NCBI GenBank assembly: GCA_951406725.2
Contig: OX597833.1
Coordinates: forward strand, 4,650,001-4,714,000
Direction of reading: 5' to 3'
Source of the DNA: Octopus vulgaris
Lineage: Eukaryota
Length of the DNA stretch: 64,000 nt
Notes under the pieces: model-generated
Seen by the model: the letters and a program-made list of their open reading frames with translations, nothing else
Databases searched by the model: none
What the model was told of the DNA's origin: nothing
Part shown: in pieces, positions 1 through 13,108 of the stretch
Position numbering within the stretch: position 1 is the stretch's first letter
How the letters are laid out: every line of letters starts with the position of its first letter
Translations under genes and position numbers: made by a program

Positions 1-387
1 CACAGAAGGGACAAACAAGGACAGACATAGGGATTAAGTCAATTACATCGACCCCAGTGCATAACTGGTACTTTATTTATCAACCCCGAAAGGATGAAAG
101 GCAAAGTCGACCTTGGTGGAATTTGAACTCAGCACGTAACGGCAGACGAAATACCTATTTCTTTACTACCCACAAGGGGCTAAACACAGAAGGGACAAAC
201 AAGGACAGACATAAGGATTAAGTCAATTACATCGACCCCAGTGCATAACTGGTACTTTATTTATCAACCCCGAAAGGATGAAAGGCAAAGTCGACCTTGG
301 TGGAATTTGAACTCAGAACGTTACAACAGACAAAATACTGCTAAGCATTTCGCCCAGCATGCTAACGTGTCAGCCAGTTCACCGCCC
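1..387 (-). mobile_element. Family B tRNA-headed SINE (Meta-domain-like), tandem multimer running off the window edge
   Basis: B-box-like GAGTTCAAATTCC, GCCTTTCATCCTTTCGGGGTCGATAAA core and tail ending GTGGGTAGTAAAGAAATA. Further copies at about 812-1027(-), 1187-1495(-), 13558-13787(-), 58700-58880(+). Confidence 0.85.
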
Positions 388-2638
388 TTTTTCCTCTATA
401 TATAAACACACATATCTGTTTGTTATGTTTGGCCATGGTCATATTTTGACCAATTAAACACATGCACTATTTACTTGGTCTCCACTTTATTATTATTATT
501 ATTATTATTATTGTTTTAGTGTCCTTGATCTAATCTCCTTTATCACACATCCTGTGACCACTTCAACAACTCTTTTTTTCCACGTGCATCCACTTTTCCT
601 GTTTTGTTCATACTGACTCATCATCATCATCATCGTTCAATGTCCGCTTTCCATGCTGGCATGGGTTGGACGATTTGACAGGTCTGGCGAACCAGATGGC
701 TGCACCTAATCTGGCAGTGTTTCTACAGCTGGATGTCCTTCCTAACGCCAACCACTCTGAGAGTGTAGTGGGTGCTTTTTACATGCAACTGGCATGGCGT
801 GCCAAACAATCCTTTGTACTATAGGCACAAGGCCTGAAATTTTTGTGGGGAGTGGGTAAGTCGATTACATCGATCCCAGTACACAACTGGTATTTAATTT
901 ATCAACCATGGAAGGGTGACAGGCAAAGTCGACCTCGGTAGAATTTGAACTCAGAACGCTAAGACAGACAAAATGCTGCTGGGCATTTTTTGTCCGACAA
1001 GCTAACAGTTCTGCTGACTCGGTACCTTACAAGGATTTCTTTTATTGGCCACAAGGGTCCAAGACATGGAGGACAATATCGAAGGACAAATAGAGACGGG
1101 TAGGATTTACATCAGTCGAAGGGAAATACTACCACAGTCAAGGATATAACAGAGGAAATATGATAGAAATTAGAGGAATAAATAGTCTTTTCTTTTAAAG
1201 GCACAAGGCCCGAAATTTTGGGGGAGTGGGGAGCAATCGATTAGATCGACCCCAGTATACAACTGGTACCTAATTTATCGACCCCGAAAGGATGAAAGGC
1301 GAAGTCGACCTCAGCGGAATTTGAACTCAGAATGAAAGAAATGAATATTCTTTTCTGCACTAGGCACAAGGCCCAAACATTTTGGGGAGGGGGCCAGTTG
1401 ATTAGATTGAGCCCAGTATGCAACTGGTACCTAATTTATTAACCCCGAAAGGATGAAAGGCAAAGTTGACCTCTGCTGAATTTGAACTCGGAATGAGAGA
1501 AATGAATATTAAATAGATAAAATAGCAGGGGAGTCCACTTAGGGCAATCTGGGGGTAAACTCCACACAAAAATCTAGGATTACTCTGCTATCCCCAAAGC
1601 ATGGGAATAACAACAGCAACAGCTGTGTGTGATTAAGACGCAAACCCGTCAATTTTGAGGGGAAGGGCAATAGTTGACCGCTACTTCATTTTATTAATGG
1701 GTGTGTTTCTCTCAGCTTTTCATTGACACACTTGAAGAATTCTAAGAGAATATAATTATTTATATAAAGAAAGTGACAAAGAAGCGACATTTCCTTTTAG
1801 TTTGGAATTCTGTCTGCTCTGTTGGAAGATCACAGTTCCCCGTCTCATCTGTCAACGGTATTTTCTTCACCTTTCTCTCAATCCATCTCTGGTTATTCCA
1901 TTTGGCAACACACCAACATCTCACAATCCTCCTCAAGTCTCTTTTGGACTCTCCCCCCTCTTTCTCTCTCTCTCCACATTAATGCAAATTTATTTAATAT
2001 CTTAAAGGATTAGATCAACATCCTCCTCTCTCTCACCCACTCATCCCTCCTTTCTTCTCTTTTTCTCTCTCTTTTCTCTTTTCTCTTTTCTTTTTTCTCT
2101 TTCTCTTTTTTCTCTTTCTCTTTTCCTCTCTTTTTCTCATTCTTTTTTTCCTATTCTCTCTTCTCTCTCTTTTCTCTTTCTTTTTCTCACTCTTTCTCCT
2201 CTCTTTCCTTCTCCCAGTCCCCTTACTTTTCTTCATCTCCTCTCTCTTCCCCTGTATGTATGAATATATATGCACATATATATACATATGTGTGTATATA
2301 TATTTGTGTGTGTGTGTGTATTCATAGTTCAGGTATCCTTCATCCCATGGCTAAGATATCTCCAAATGAGAAGAAATAGTCAACCACATGACGTTGCAAT
2401 GTAGAAGAAAATTTTAAAAAAACAGACTAAAAAGGAAAAAAAATATGTAAAAAGTGTTCAATAACACTTTTTACAAAGAATTTATTAGTGTGTGGTAAGA
2501 AGCTTGCTTCCCAACCACATGGTTCCAGGTTCAGTCCTACTGTGGGACATCTTGGGTAACTGTCTTCTGCTATAGCCTTGGGCCGACCAAAGCCTTCTGA
2601 GTGGATTTGGTAGATGGAAACTGAAAAGAAGCCTGTTG

Positions 2639-2679
<41 letters not shown>

Positions 2680-3004
2680 CTTTTTGTCTGTTTGTTCCCT
2701 GACTACTGTTTGACAACCGGTGTTGGTGTGTTTACATCCCTGTAACTTCGTGGTTCAGCAAAAGAGCCCCACAGAAAAGTGCCAGGCTTACAAATAAAAA
2801 ACAAAAACAATTGAATAAGAACTGGGGCTGATTTATTTAACTAAAATTCTTCAAGGTGGTGCCTCATTTTATTGACAATCTCAGCCTCCTCCCTCTTGCC
2901 CCGCTGTCTGCTGAAGTCTTGACCAATTCTTGCTGATTTGACATCCCAACCAGGCTCTTTTGAGGGTTGGGTCTGTTTAGCGCCATCAACCTATGTAAAC
3001 AAGT

Positions 3005-3242
3005 GGGGAGCTGGCAGAAACGTTAGCACGCCGGGCGAAATGCGAAGCCGTATTTCATCTGCCGTTACGTTCTGAGTTCAAATTCCACCGAGGTCGACTT
3101 TGCCTTTCATCCTTTCGGGGTCGATAAATTAAGTACCAGTTTCGCACTGGGGTCGATGTAATCGACTTAATCCCTTTGTCTATTCTTGTTTGTCCCCTCT
3201 ATTTGTCCCCTTTGTTTGTCCCCTTGTGGGCAATAAAGAAAT
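3005..3242 (+). mobile_element. Family B SINE, full-length monomer
   Basis: Head GGGGAGCTGGCAGAAACGTTAGC (A-box-like), B-box, central domain and tail. Same structure at 13278-13508. Confidence 0.85.
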
Positions 3243-4530
3243 ATATATAAACAGGTTGCAGTAGAACACACACACACACACACACAATGGTGTTGATATA
3301 TGGCAGTGTGGTTAGGGAGTTCAGGTCTTTTATCTTTTACTTGTTTCACTCACAAGACTGTGGCCATGCTGGGGCACTGCCTTGAAGAATTTTAGCCGAA
3401 GGAATCGACCCCGGTACTTATTTAATTCTTTTATTTAGGCAAGATACTTATTCCATCGGTCCCTTTTGTCAAGCCACTAAGTTATGGGGATATAAACACA
3501 CCAACACAACTTGTCAAGTGGTGATGTTACACAGACACACACACACACACACAGTGAGTGTGTGTGTGTGTGTGTAAATATAGTAGGTACCTCCACCAAA
3601 CAACCTTGGCGGGGACACTTGTTTCGTGGCCAACAAATAGAGAATGTAACAGATTGTACTAGACTGTGTACGTGTGTATATATAGGATCAGAATCGAAAT
3701 CGATCAATGGAAATCGATCAATGGAAATTGCAGATGTGTTACCAGTGCCGGTGGCATGTAAGAGAACTTTCCGTTTTGCGACCGTTGCCAGCACCGCCCC
3801 GTTTCGTGTCCGTTGCCAGCCTTGCCTGGCCCTCGTGCCGGTGGCACATAAGAAGCACCATCCGTTCGTGGCCGTTTGCCAGCTCTGTCTGGCACCAGTG
3901 CGGGTGGCACGTAAAAAGCACCCACTACACTCACGGAGTGGTTGGCGTTAGGAAGGGCATCCAGCCGTAGAAACACTGCCAGATCTGACTGGGCCTGACG
4001 AAGCCTTCCAGCTTCACAGACCCCAGTTGACCCGTCCAACCCATGCTAGCATGGAAAGCGGACGCTAAACGATGATGATGATGATGATGATGATATATAT
4101 ATACACACATTTTATATATATATATATACATACATACACACACACATACAAGCATATATACCCACACTTGCATATACATGCACACACCACTCTGTAAATC
4201 AATCCACAAAGTATAATCAGCTGTAAAGAATGAGATTAGCAAATATTATAATCCTTTGATCCTCTCTTTATGTGTGCGGGGGGTGGGGGTGGGGTGAAGG
4301 TGCAGGCGTGGCTGTTTGGTTAAGAAGCTTGCTTCCCCCACCATATGGTCTTTGGTTCAGTCCCACTGCATGTCACCTTGAACAGGTGTCTTCTATTATG
4401 GCCCTAGGCTGGCCAAAGCATTGTGAGTGGATTTGATTGACGGAAACTGGAAAAGGCTGATCATATACATACATACATACATCCATACACACATACATAC
4501 ATACACACATACATACATACATACATGCTT

Positions 4531-4561
<31 letters not shown>

Positions 4562-5154
4562 TACACACACGCACACACACACACACACACATACATACAT
4601 ACATACATACATATGGTAGCAGCGGTCAATTACAGACCCAGCACCAGAGTGGCTAGCTCACTACACAAGGGTAGTACCAGTCGTGGCTATCCCTCGGGAT
4701 GGGGTTTCCGAAATCAGCTGCCCAGCAGATGTTAACATAAAGCTAAAGATCAGCGCAAAAGAAAATACCTATGCCGAACTATTGAGGAATCTACAGCTAC
4801 TCTATCCAGATTACAAGTTCATAATTCCTCAGTGACATTTGAACTCATGACGTACAGGCCCAGAAGAAAAGCTGCCAAGCATTTTGTAAGACGTGCTAAT
4901 GAATCCTTATTCTGAGGTACACAGTTTGCACAACATCCATAAGATGATGTAATGTTATGCGACTCACAACTCATCAGGCAGCAACATAAAGGTTAATTAA
5001 TAGATTGTCAACAAGTCTTGCCACAATGAAGACTTTTAAGGAAACAACTGTAGCAACATCAGACTTTGCCTTTTATGCTTTCAGGGTCATTAAACAAGAA
5101 CCGGTCAAGCACTGGTCAATATAGTTTTATCTCCCCCCTACTTTCTCTCTACAT

Positions 5155-5317
5155 CAGTGGTCCGCAACCCTTTTTCACTTGCCATACACTTATGTTCTTT
5201 TCGAAACCCAGTGGCACACCTGAACTAAGAATATAACTAAAGGTATAGAAAAAAAATTATGTTCAGGTGACACTGTGGCACACCAGTGTGACATGGCATA
5301 CTGGTTGCAGAGCACTG
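5155..5317. mobile_element. hAT-type MITE
   Basis: TIR CAGTGGTCCGCAACC / GGTTGCAGAGCACTG (13/15); degenerate 8-bp TSD CTCTACAT / CTCTTTAT. Confidence 0.7.
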
Positions 5318-5342
5318 CTCTTTATATATGTTTATATAATCA

Positions 5343-5732
5343 GCCGGTGGCACATAAAAAGCACCATCCGAGCGTGGCCGATGCCAGTGCCACCTCGACT
5401 GGCTTCTGTGCCGGTGGCACATAAAAAGCACCATCCGTATGTGGCCGATGCCAGCGCTGCCTTGGCTGGCTTCCGTGCTGGTGGCACGTTAAAAGCACCA
5501 ACCGATCGTGGCTGATGCCAGACTCCCCTGGCACCTGTACGGGTGGCATGTAAAAAGCACCCACTACACTCGCGGAGTGGTTGGCGTTAGGAAGGGCATC
5601 CAGCTGTAGAAACACTGCCAGATCAGACTGGAGCCTGGTGCAGCCTCCTGGCTTCTCAGATCCCCGGTCGAACCATCCAACCCATGCTAGCGCGGAAAAC
5701 AGACGTTAAACGATGATGATGATGATGATGAT
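5343..5732 (+). mobile_element. Family C element (5'-truncated RTE-type 3' end) with 3-4 internal 62-67 bp repeats
   Basis: GGTGGCAC(A/G)TAAAAAGCACC repeats, GGCGTTAGGAAGGGCATCCAGCTG, CCATGCTAGC..GG and (GAT)n tail. Other copies at about 618-800(-), 3740-4093(+), 8845-9060(-), 14642-14826(+), 17960-18182(-), 21403-21569(+), 26365-26545(+), 26977-27188(-), 35301-35572(-), 53253-53434(+), 54908-55190(-), 60238-60532(-), 61215-61404(+). Confidence 0.88.
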
Positions 5733-5892
5733 ATTTCTTTCTTTATGTGTGGATGTTGATGAGTGACTGTGATGGTCAATAATGATGGTGTTGCTGATGA
5801 TGATGATGGCTTTGTTTCACTCCATCCTCTCTGTCGCTTCCTCGCCTCCTCTTTTTCTCCATCTTTCTTTCCAAATCCTCCGCAATGAACTG

Positions 5893-5925
<33 letters not shown>

Positions 5926-6509
5926 TAAAAGAAGGAGAGCAAGAGATTGCTTATCTCTCCTGATCCTAAACTCGTTAGCAGCTTCTGGTCGCTGCTATTC
6001 AGACACAACATTTCTCTAATTATCGCCGTTAGATCTTCTTTACATTCAGCTTCCACAACAACGAATGCATTATCTCCATCCCCTACCCCCACCCCACATC
6101 ATCGATTGCTCAATAACTTCTCCCTATTGTTCCCTATTATCCACTTCTGTCTCCTATTCTTCTTCATCTTGTTGTTGTTCTTCTTCTTCCTTCCTTCCTC
6201 AGCGTCTTCCATTGTTTCTTCTTCTTCTTCTTCTTCTCCCCCTCCTCCTCTCCCCTTCTTCTTTCCGTCCTGTTTTTCCGTTTGTCTATGTCCTTCCTTT
6301 GTTCCGCATTAAACACGCCATTATTTTCTCAGACATTTTGTGTGCGTGTCTTTTCGCTATTTCTAACTGACTGCGTTTCTATCATCGTTTTCGTCGTCTT
6401 CATCTCACCAACCCGGCTCTCCTTTATCATCGACCATTGTCCCTCTCAATGCCATCAGCGAAACCACGAACAACAACAACAACAACACCATCGCTAATTC
6501 TAACGTCAG

Positions 6510-7140
6510 CGTATCACCATCATCATTAACATCATCATTGTCATCATAACTATCATAATTTCTAATGACATTACAATCATCATCATCAATAACATCGTCA
6601 ATCATTATCATCAACATCATCATCATCATCATTGTCCATCATCACTCATCATCATCATCATTGTCCATCATCATTCATTATCATCATCATCATTCATTGT
6701 TCATCATCATCATCATTGTCCATCATCACTCATTATCATCAACATCATCATTCATTGTCCATCATCACTCATTATCATCAACATCATCATTCATTGTTCA
6801 TCATCATCATCACTCATTATCATCATCACTCATTATCATCATCATCATCATGCATTATCATCATCATTGTCCATCATCACTCATTATCATCATTATCATT
6901 GTCCATCATCATTCATTATCATTCATTGTTCATCATCATCGTCCATCATCAGCATTGTCCATCATCACTCATTATCATCAACATCATCATTCATTGTTCA
7001 TCATCATCATCATTGTCCATCATCACTCATTATCATTGTCCATCATCAACATCATCATTCATTGTTCATCATCATCATCATTGTCCATCATTACTCATTA
7101 TTATCACTATCATCATTCATTATTCATCATCATTAGTATC
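6510..7140 (+). repeat. Cryptic (CAT)n low-complexity minisatellite
   Basis: CAT triplets with recurring CATTGTCCATCATCACTCATTAT and CATTCATTGTT sub-units; explains the His/Ile/Ser-rich ORFs. Confidence 0.95.
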
Positions 7141-7605
7141 ATTTCTACATCTGTGTTTTCCATGGTAGCTGGGGTTGGGCAAGACTTCTTCCAGCTGTAA
7201 TCAATGGCCAGATGAAAGCCCTTTATTCCACATCTTTGCTTGTGAAATCAATACCCGACATTTTGTTTGTGGGAGACATCAACATCATCACCAAAGCAGT
7301 TTTAGTGCACACATACACACACAGAGGTTCTATGCATTTTTTTTATCCAACAAATTTGACACACAGGCCATTGTCAACCCAGAGTGACTTGCCTAAGGTG
7401 CCAAGTATAAGATATGAAACTAAAAACCTGTAGTTGTAAAGCAAATCTCCTAACCACCACAGCTCAAAGTCAAGGCCATGGGCTGAACATATCAACTGTC
7501 TATTGGCGGCCTCTAAAATACTTATGTTAAACTAGTTGTTGTATTCTATCTGATGTGTTTGTGTAGATGAGTTCTGCTACATCACAAAACTTACTGATTT
7601 TCTGA

Positions 7606-7990
7606 GGTGAAGGAGTGGCTGTGTGGTAAGTTGCTTGCTTACGAATTACATGGTTCTGGGTTCAGTCCCACTGCAAGGCACCTCGGGCAAGTGTCTTCTA
7701 CTGTAGCCTTGGGCCGACCAAAGCCTTGCGAGTGGATTTGGTAGACGGAAACTGAAAGAAGCCCATCGTATATATCTATATATATGTGTGTGTCTGTGTT
7801 TGTCTCCCTAATATCGCTTGACAACTGATGCTGGTGTGTTTATGTCCCCGTAATTTAGCGGTTTGGCAAAAGAGGCCGATAGAATAAGTACTTGGCTTAC
7901 AAAGAATATGTCCCGGGGTCGATTTGCTCGACTAAAGGTGGTGCTCCAGCATGGCCGCAGTCAAATGACTGAAACAAGTAAAAGTGTAAA
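7606..7990 (+). mobile_element. Family A tRNA/CORE-type SINE with CR1/L2-like 3' tail
   Basis: A-box TGGCTGTGTGG, B-box GGTTCAGTCC, CORE-like ACCTYGGGCAAGT, internal (TA)(TG) microsatellite, tail GCTCCAGCATGGCCGCAGTCAAATGACTGAAAC. Confidence 0.88.
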
Positions 7991-9577
7991 GAGAGAGATC
8001 AATTTAAGACAGCCATTATGTCAAAATGTTATTTTACTAAAGCCTTTTGCCCTAATTTGTTTTCTCTCACAGTTTATAAACTTACAGGTGAGTTAGCATA
8101 TTCATTTCACGCTTGGTTGGTCAATATGGACTATGACATTGTATGTTACAGGTGGGTAAACTCATGAGGGTAATGTACCGTAGCATTTGGTTATATCACT
8201 TAACATTCTCAGTTCTGATCTCGTTAAGATCAAATTTGTCTTTTCTCCTTCTAGGGTTTACAAAATTTACTATCACCAACCATTATTTAGCATTCTGATT
8301 CCTCAATCAAATGTAATTCTAATTTTTTCACCTTGTTTTTGAACCCTTCATGCATTATCTTGTTCCTTTGAAATTTTGCTGATGTGATTGTTTATTTTTA
8401 GAATGGCATTGTAGGGTATGAGTGAGAGGTGGGATCTAGTCAGTCTGAACATAAAACAAGTAGAATATTTGGGCTGGATATGGATTGTTTAAATCAGGGG
8501 ACCCCAAACTTTTTAGACAATCGGCTCCTTCATGGAATCCTTGACCCCTTATCGATCCCCAGGCATGTAAAAGAAAATAAATAGATAATAATAATAATTA
8601 AAGTGGTGATACGTTGTCAGCTTAATGTGAGAGTCCCATGAAAGGGAAGAATGCTACTGTTATTTAGCCCTAGGAAGCACTGCTTCCTGTTGGCCTTGAC
8701 ATGTTTTCTGTGTCCTTATGTTTACAAATGGGGAGATAAGCACCTCCACTGAGCAAAGCCAGCAATTATGTAGATGTACATTTATCGACCACTTTGGCGA
8801 CCCCTGAGGAGATACAACTAGGTTCGATTATACAGCTAAACCGTTATCATCATCATCGTTGTCGTCGTCGTTTAATGTCTGCTTTCAATGCTGGCATGGG
8901 TTGGACAGTTTGACTGAGGGCTGGCAAGCCAGATGGCTGCACCAGGCTCCAATCTTGATCTGGCAGAGTTTCTACAGCTGGATGCCCTTCCTAACGCCAA
9001 CCATTCTGAGAGTGTAGTGGGTGCTTTTTATGTGCGAGGAGCAGTCAGGCGGTACTGGCAAATCAGGCATTACTTTATTTAGATATAATTCCTGTGTATA
9101 TGTGGATCTATGTTGTATCAAAACATGTGTAGTGGTCATTAAACAGCCATTGAATCGTACTCCCTCTTCCTTTTGACTCTATTTATTCCTTACGTTTCAT
9201 TTTATATCTGTCTATATATACATATACACATTCTTCTTGGCATTGTTTCCCCTGAAGAAGATTAGGAAGGCTGTTGTCCATGTTGTCTGCGTGCTTGTTC
9301 GTGGCTGATAAAGCCGATGTAGGATCCACATGTCCTATTTCGGTGATGACAGGGATATGGTTGTTCAGGGTCTGATAATGCAACTGCTTTATTTTGTTGC
9401 CTCTGACGTTTGTCTTTGAGAGACGCACTGCAAGAGATCTCAAAGGAAGAAACGACATCGCTGATGGGTATGGTGCCAAGCGATGTGGTCGGTTGTTAGA
9501 GTGGGCGACTCACGATAATCAGTGTGTCACAAACAGGGATGTGAGGACAGGATTGGGGAGTGAGAGCTAGGCATAGT

Positions 9578-10370
9578 GTCTGTCCTTGTTTGTCCCCTTT
9601 GTGTTTAGCCCCTTGTGGGTAGTAAAGAAATAGGTATTTCGTCTGCCATTACATTCTGAGTTCAAATTCTGCCGAGGTCGACTTTGCCTTTCATCCTTTC
9701 GGGGTCGATAAATTAAGTACCAGTTACGCACTGGGGTCGATATAATCGACTTAATCCGTTTGTCTGTCCTTGTTTGTCCTCTCTGTGTTTAGCCCCTTGT
9801 GGGTAATAAAGAAATAGGTATTTTGTCTGCCACTACGATCTGGGTTCAAATTCTGCCAAGGTCGACTTTGCCTTTCATCCTTTCGGGGTCGATAAATTAA
9901 GTACCAGTTATGCACTGGGGTCGATATAATCGACTTAATCTGTTTGTCTGTCCTTGTTTGTCCTCTCTGTGTTTAGCCCCTTGTGGGTAATAAAGAAATA
10001 GGTATTTTGTCTGCCACTACGATCTGGGTTCAAATTCTGCCAAGGTCGACTTTGCCTTTCATCCTTTCGGGGTCGATAAATTAAGTACCAGTTATGCACT
10101 GGGGTCGATATAATCGACTTAATCTGTTTGTCTGTCCTTGTTTGTCCTCTCTGTGTTTAGCCCCTTGTGGGTAATAAAGAAATAGGTATTTTGTCTGCCA
10201 CTACGATCTGAGTTCAAATTCTGCCAAGGTCGACTTTGCCTTTCATCCTTTTGGGGTCGATAAATTAAGTACCAGTTACGCACTGGGGTCGATGTAATCG
10301 ACTTAATCCGTTTGTCTGTCCTTGTTTGTCCTCTCTGTGTTTAGCCCCTTGTGGGTAGTAAAGAAATAGG
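9578..10370 (+). repeat. Tandem array of head-less family B SINE units, period 184 bp, about 4.3 copies
   Basis: Unit starts (GGTATTT..TCTGCC) at 9633, 9817, 10001 and 10185, next junction at 10369; units nearly identical. Confidence 0.92.
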
Positions 10371-10812
10371 TAAAGTGAGACAGGGCATGTGGGTAGAACA
10401 CACAGGTTGGGGTCAAGCAGAGATCAATGATATATTGGCACGGGGCCAAGAGGATAGGATTGGAGAGTAGGAGGTAATCAGAGTACATGAAGTGGAAATG
10501 TGAGGAAGAGAAGAGATATAGAGATTTGTTTGTTTTGTTGTGGTAGAGTGTGTGAGGAATTTTCTTGTTAAGTGTGGGTGGGACACACAGCACTTCTAGA
10601 AACTTCAGTTTTGCTGACGTGGGTGGGTCTTCTCAAGAACTTCATACCGCCAGACATCTCAGTTCATTGTCATTTCCTTCGTGACGCCCAACTTCCTGAG
10701 AATGGTCCTTACCACTTCATTTCACATCTTCCTGGGTCTCCCTCTTCTGCGATTACCATTCACTTTTAGTGATCGACACTTCTTTCTGCAGCTGTCCTCA
10801 TTCATACGGAGC
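10371..10812 (-). mobile_element. RTE-clade LINE 3' fragment
   Basis: Minus-strand translation RMNEDSCRKKCRSLKVNGNRRRGRPRKM*NEVVR...DVWRYEVLEK, the typical RTE ORF C-terminus. Upstream piece RRLRWFGHVM at about 11030-11148(-). Confidence 0.85.
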
Positions 10813-11533
10813 TTTCTCCAACCAGGTTGCGGATCCATGGAACAAGCTGCCAGACGAGATGGTGAAGATGCCGACGACCGCTTTGTTCAAAGCCTCCCTT
10901 GACCTCAAGTGGCCTGAACTCTTTACATGAACACCACCCTGTACTTAACTCCATGTCCCCCTACATGGCCTTGCTATTTGCTTTTGAGCCAAAAAATTAA
11001 CTAACAAACTAACTAACTAACTAACTAACATACACATTACATGTCCAAACCAACGTAGTCTTCTCTTCTGCAATTTGATTCCTCTTACGCCCAACGTTTC
11101 TCTCAGTACATGTGAGAAGCACGAATGTATAGTGTGCGTGTTTACTTGGCAATAATAATAATAATAATAATAATGATAATAATAATAATAATAATAAAAT
11201 GACCCTCCCAAAGTACAACAATATCTGTTTCAACACGCGATTTCACATCAGGAACCTTGCAACACAAATTGCTAAATGTAAAATCTTTTGTTAGTCACAT
11301 GTGTAGGTTGTGTAGGTTGAACTGCGTAAAATGTTACTCTTTTACTTGTTTCAGTCATTTGACTGTGGCCATGCTGGAGCACCGCGTTTAGTCGATGAAA
11401 TCACCTCCCAGGACTTAGTCTTTGTACTTATTCTATCGGTCTCCTTTGCCGAACTGCCAAGTTACGGCGACGCAAACACACCAGCATTGGTTGTCAAGCA
11501 CAGACTCATATATATATATATATATATATACAT

Positions 11534-11572
<39 letters not shown>

Positions 11573-11595
11573 CATACACACACACACACACACAC

Positions 11596-11638
<43 letters not shown>

Positions 11639-12717
11639 GTATATATGACGAGCTTCTTTCAGCTTCCGTCCACCAAATCCACTTGCCCAAGGTGCCACGC
11701 AGTGGGACTGAACCTGGAACCATGTGGTTGGTAAGCAAGCTACTTACCACACAGCCACTTCTACGCCTATGACAGTTTTAATTTCTAAAACAGAAAGAAA
11801 GAAACCCAGCTAAGTTTTTTCAAGGGCCCTTAAAATACTGTAGTGGATCCCCAATTTTACTATGTTGTTACTGGGACCCCAAAAGATCTTATATGTCTGT
11901 CTTTGCTGTTGGGATTGATGGGTGCTTGGAGGTGGGGGATAGGGGCAAATGCAGTAAATGGTGAACATTTAGGTGTAGGAGGGGCTGTGTGATAAGAAGC
12001 TTGCTTCCCATCAACATGGTTCTGGGTTCAGTCCCATTGCATGGCACCTTGGGCAAGTGTTTTCTACAATAGCCTTGGGTTGACCAAAGCCTTGTGGGTG
12101 GATTTGGTAGGTGGAAACTGAAAGAAGCCCGTTGTATATACATATATATGTGTGTGTATGTGTATGTTTGTGTGTCTGTTTGTCCCCCTACTGTCGCTTG
12201 ACAACTGATGTTGGTGTCTTTATGTCTCCCATAACTTAGCACTTCAGCAAAAGAGACTGATAGAATAAGTACCAGGCTTACAAAGAATAAATCCTAGGGT
12301 TGACTCGTTTGACTAAAGGCGGTGCTCCAGCATGACCGCAGTCAAATGACTGAAACAAGTACAAGAATAAGAGAAAATGTGTGGAGGCCTGTTCAGATGT
12401 GAGGGTTTCAGAGGAGAAGGTGAAGGAAGATAGGTGTGGCCCAGGGTGTAGAAAGTAAGACAATACAGTAAAATGACTTCAAAGCCAGAGAAGCAGAACA
12501 CAAACAACCATAAAAAGATTGAGGTCAATGCAGTGAATAAGTGTGAAACCTTAGCCCTCAAGCATGATATCTGTCTGTTGCTGAGACCATCTCTCTTTCA
12601 TCAATATCTTCAAATGTCAGCTTTTGCTGTTGCTAATCTGGGAAACAAAAAATCAGATGATTTGTGAGGTTTATTTGTTTTGTAAGATTCTTGATGTGAA
12701 ATCGTGTGTTGAAACAA

Positions 12718-13108
12718 GATATTGTTTTTGGGGATGGTCATGTCAGTTTAGCCAATAAAAACACACACACTATATATTTGGTGTTCATTTGCTTCAGCTT
12801 TATTTTATTTTTTTACATTAATCTTAATCTTAATTCAGCCAGAGTTCTTTCGTCACACTCCTGTGACCTCATCAGTGGTCCTTTGCTTTCTTCTTTCTTA
12901 TTTGTGTGTCTCTCCTTACTATCCGTCAACCATTTTGTATTTTGTATTCCTATTGTGTCTTCATTTGTGCATGGCATGCATATACCCCTATGTGTGTCTA
13001 TGTTTAGTAAGTGTAGTAAACTTACTAATGCACTTAACACCTAATATATAGTGCCTGTGTTTTTATTGGCTAAACTGGCAACATGACCATCCCCAAATAC
13101 AACAATAA
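12718..13108. mobile_element. MITE-like element with about 70-bp imperfect TIRs
   Basis: TTTGGGGATGGTCATGTCAGTTTAGCCAATAAAAACACA... versus ...TGTGTTTTTATTGGCTAAACTGGCAACATGACCATCCCCAAA. Confidence 0.7.

Noticed and set aside
6565-7200. His/Ile/Ser-rich ORFs of 89-211 aa
   Set aside because: Translation of a (CAT)n microsatellite; no domain or splice support.
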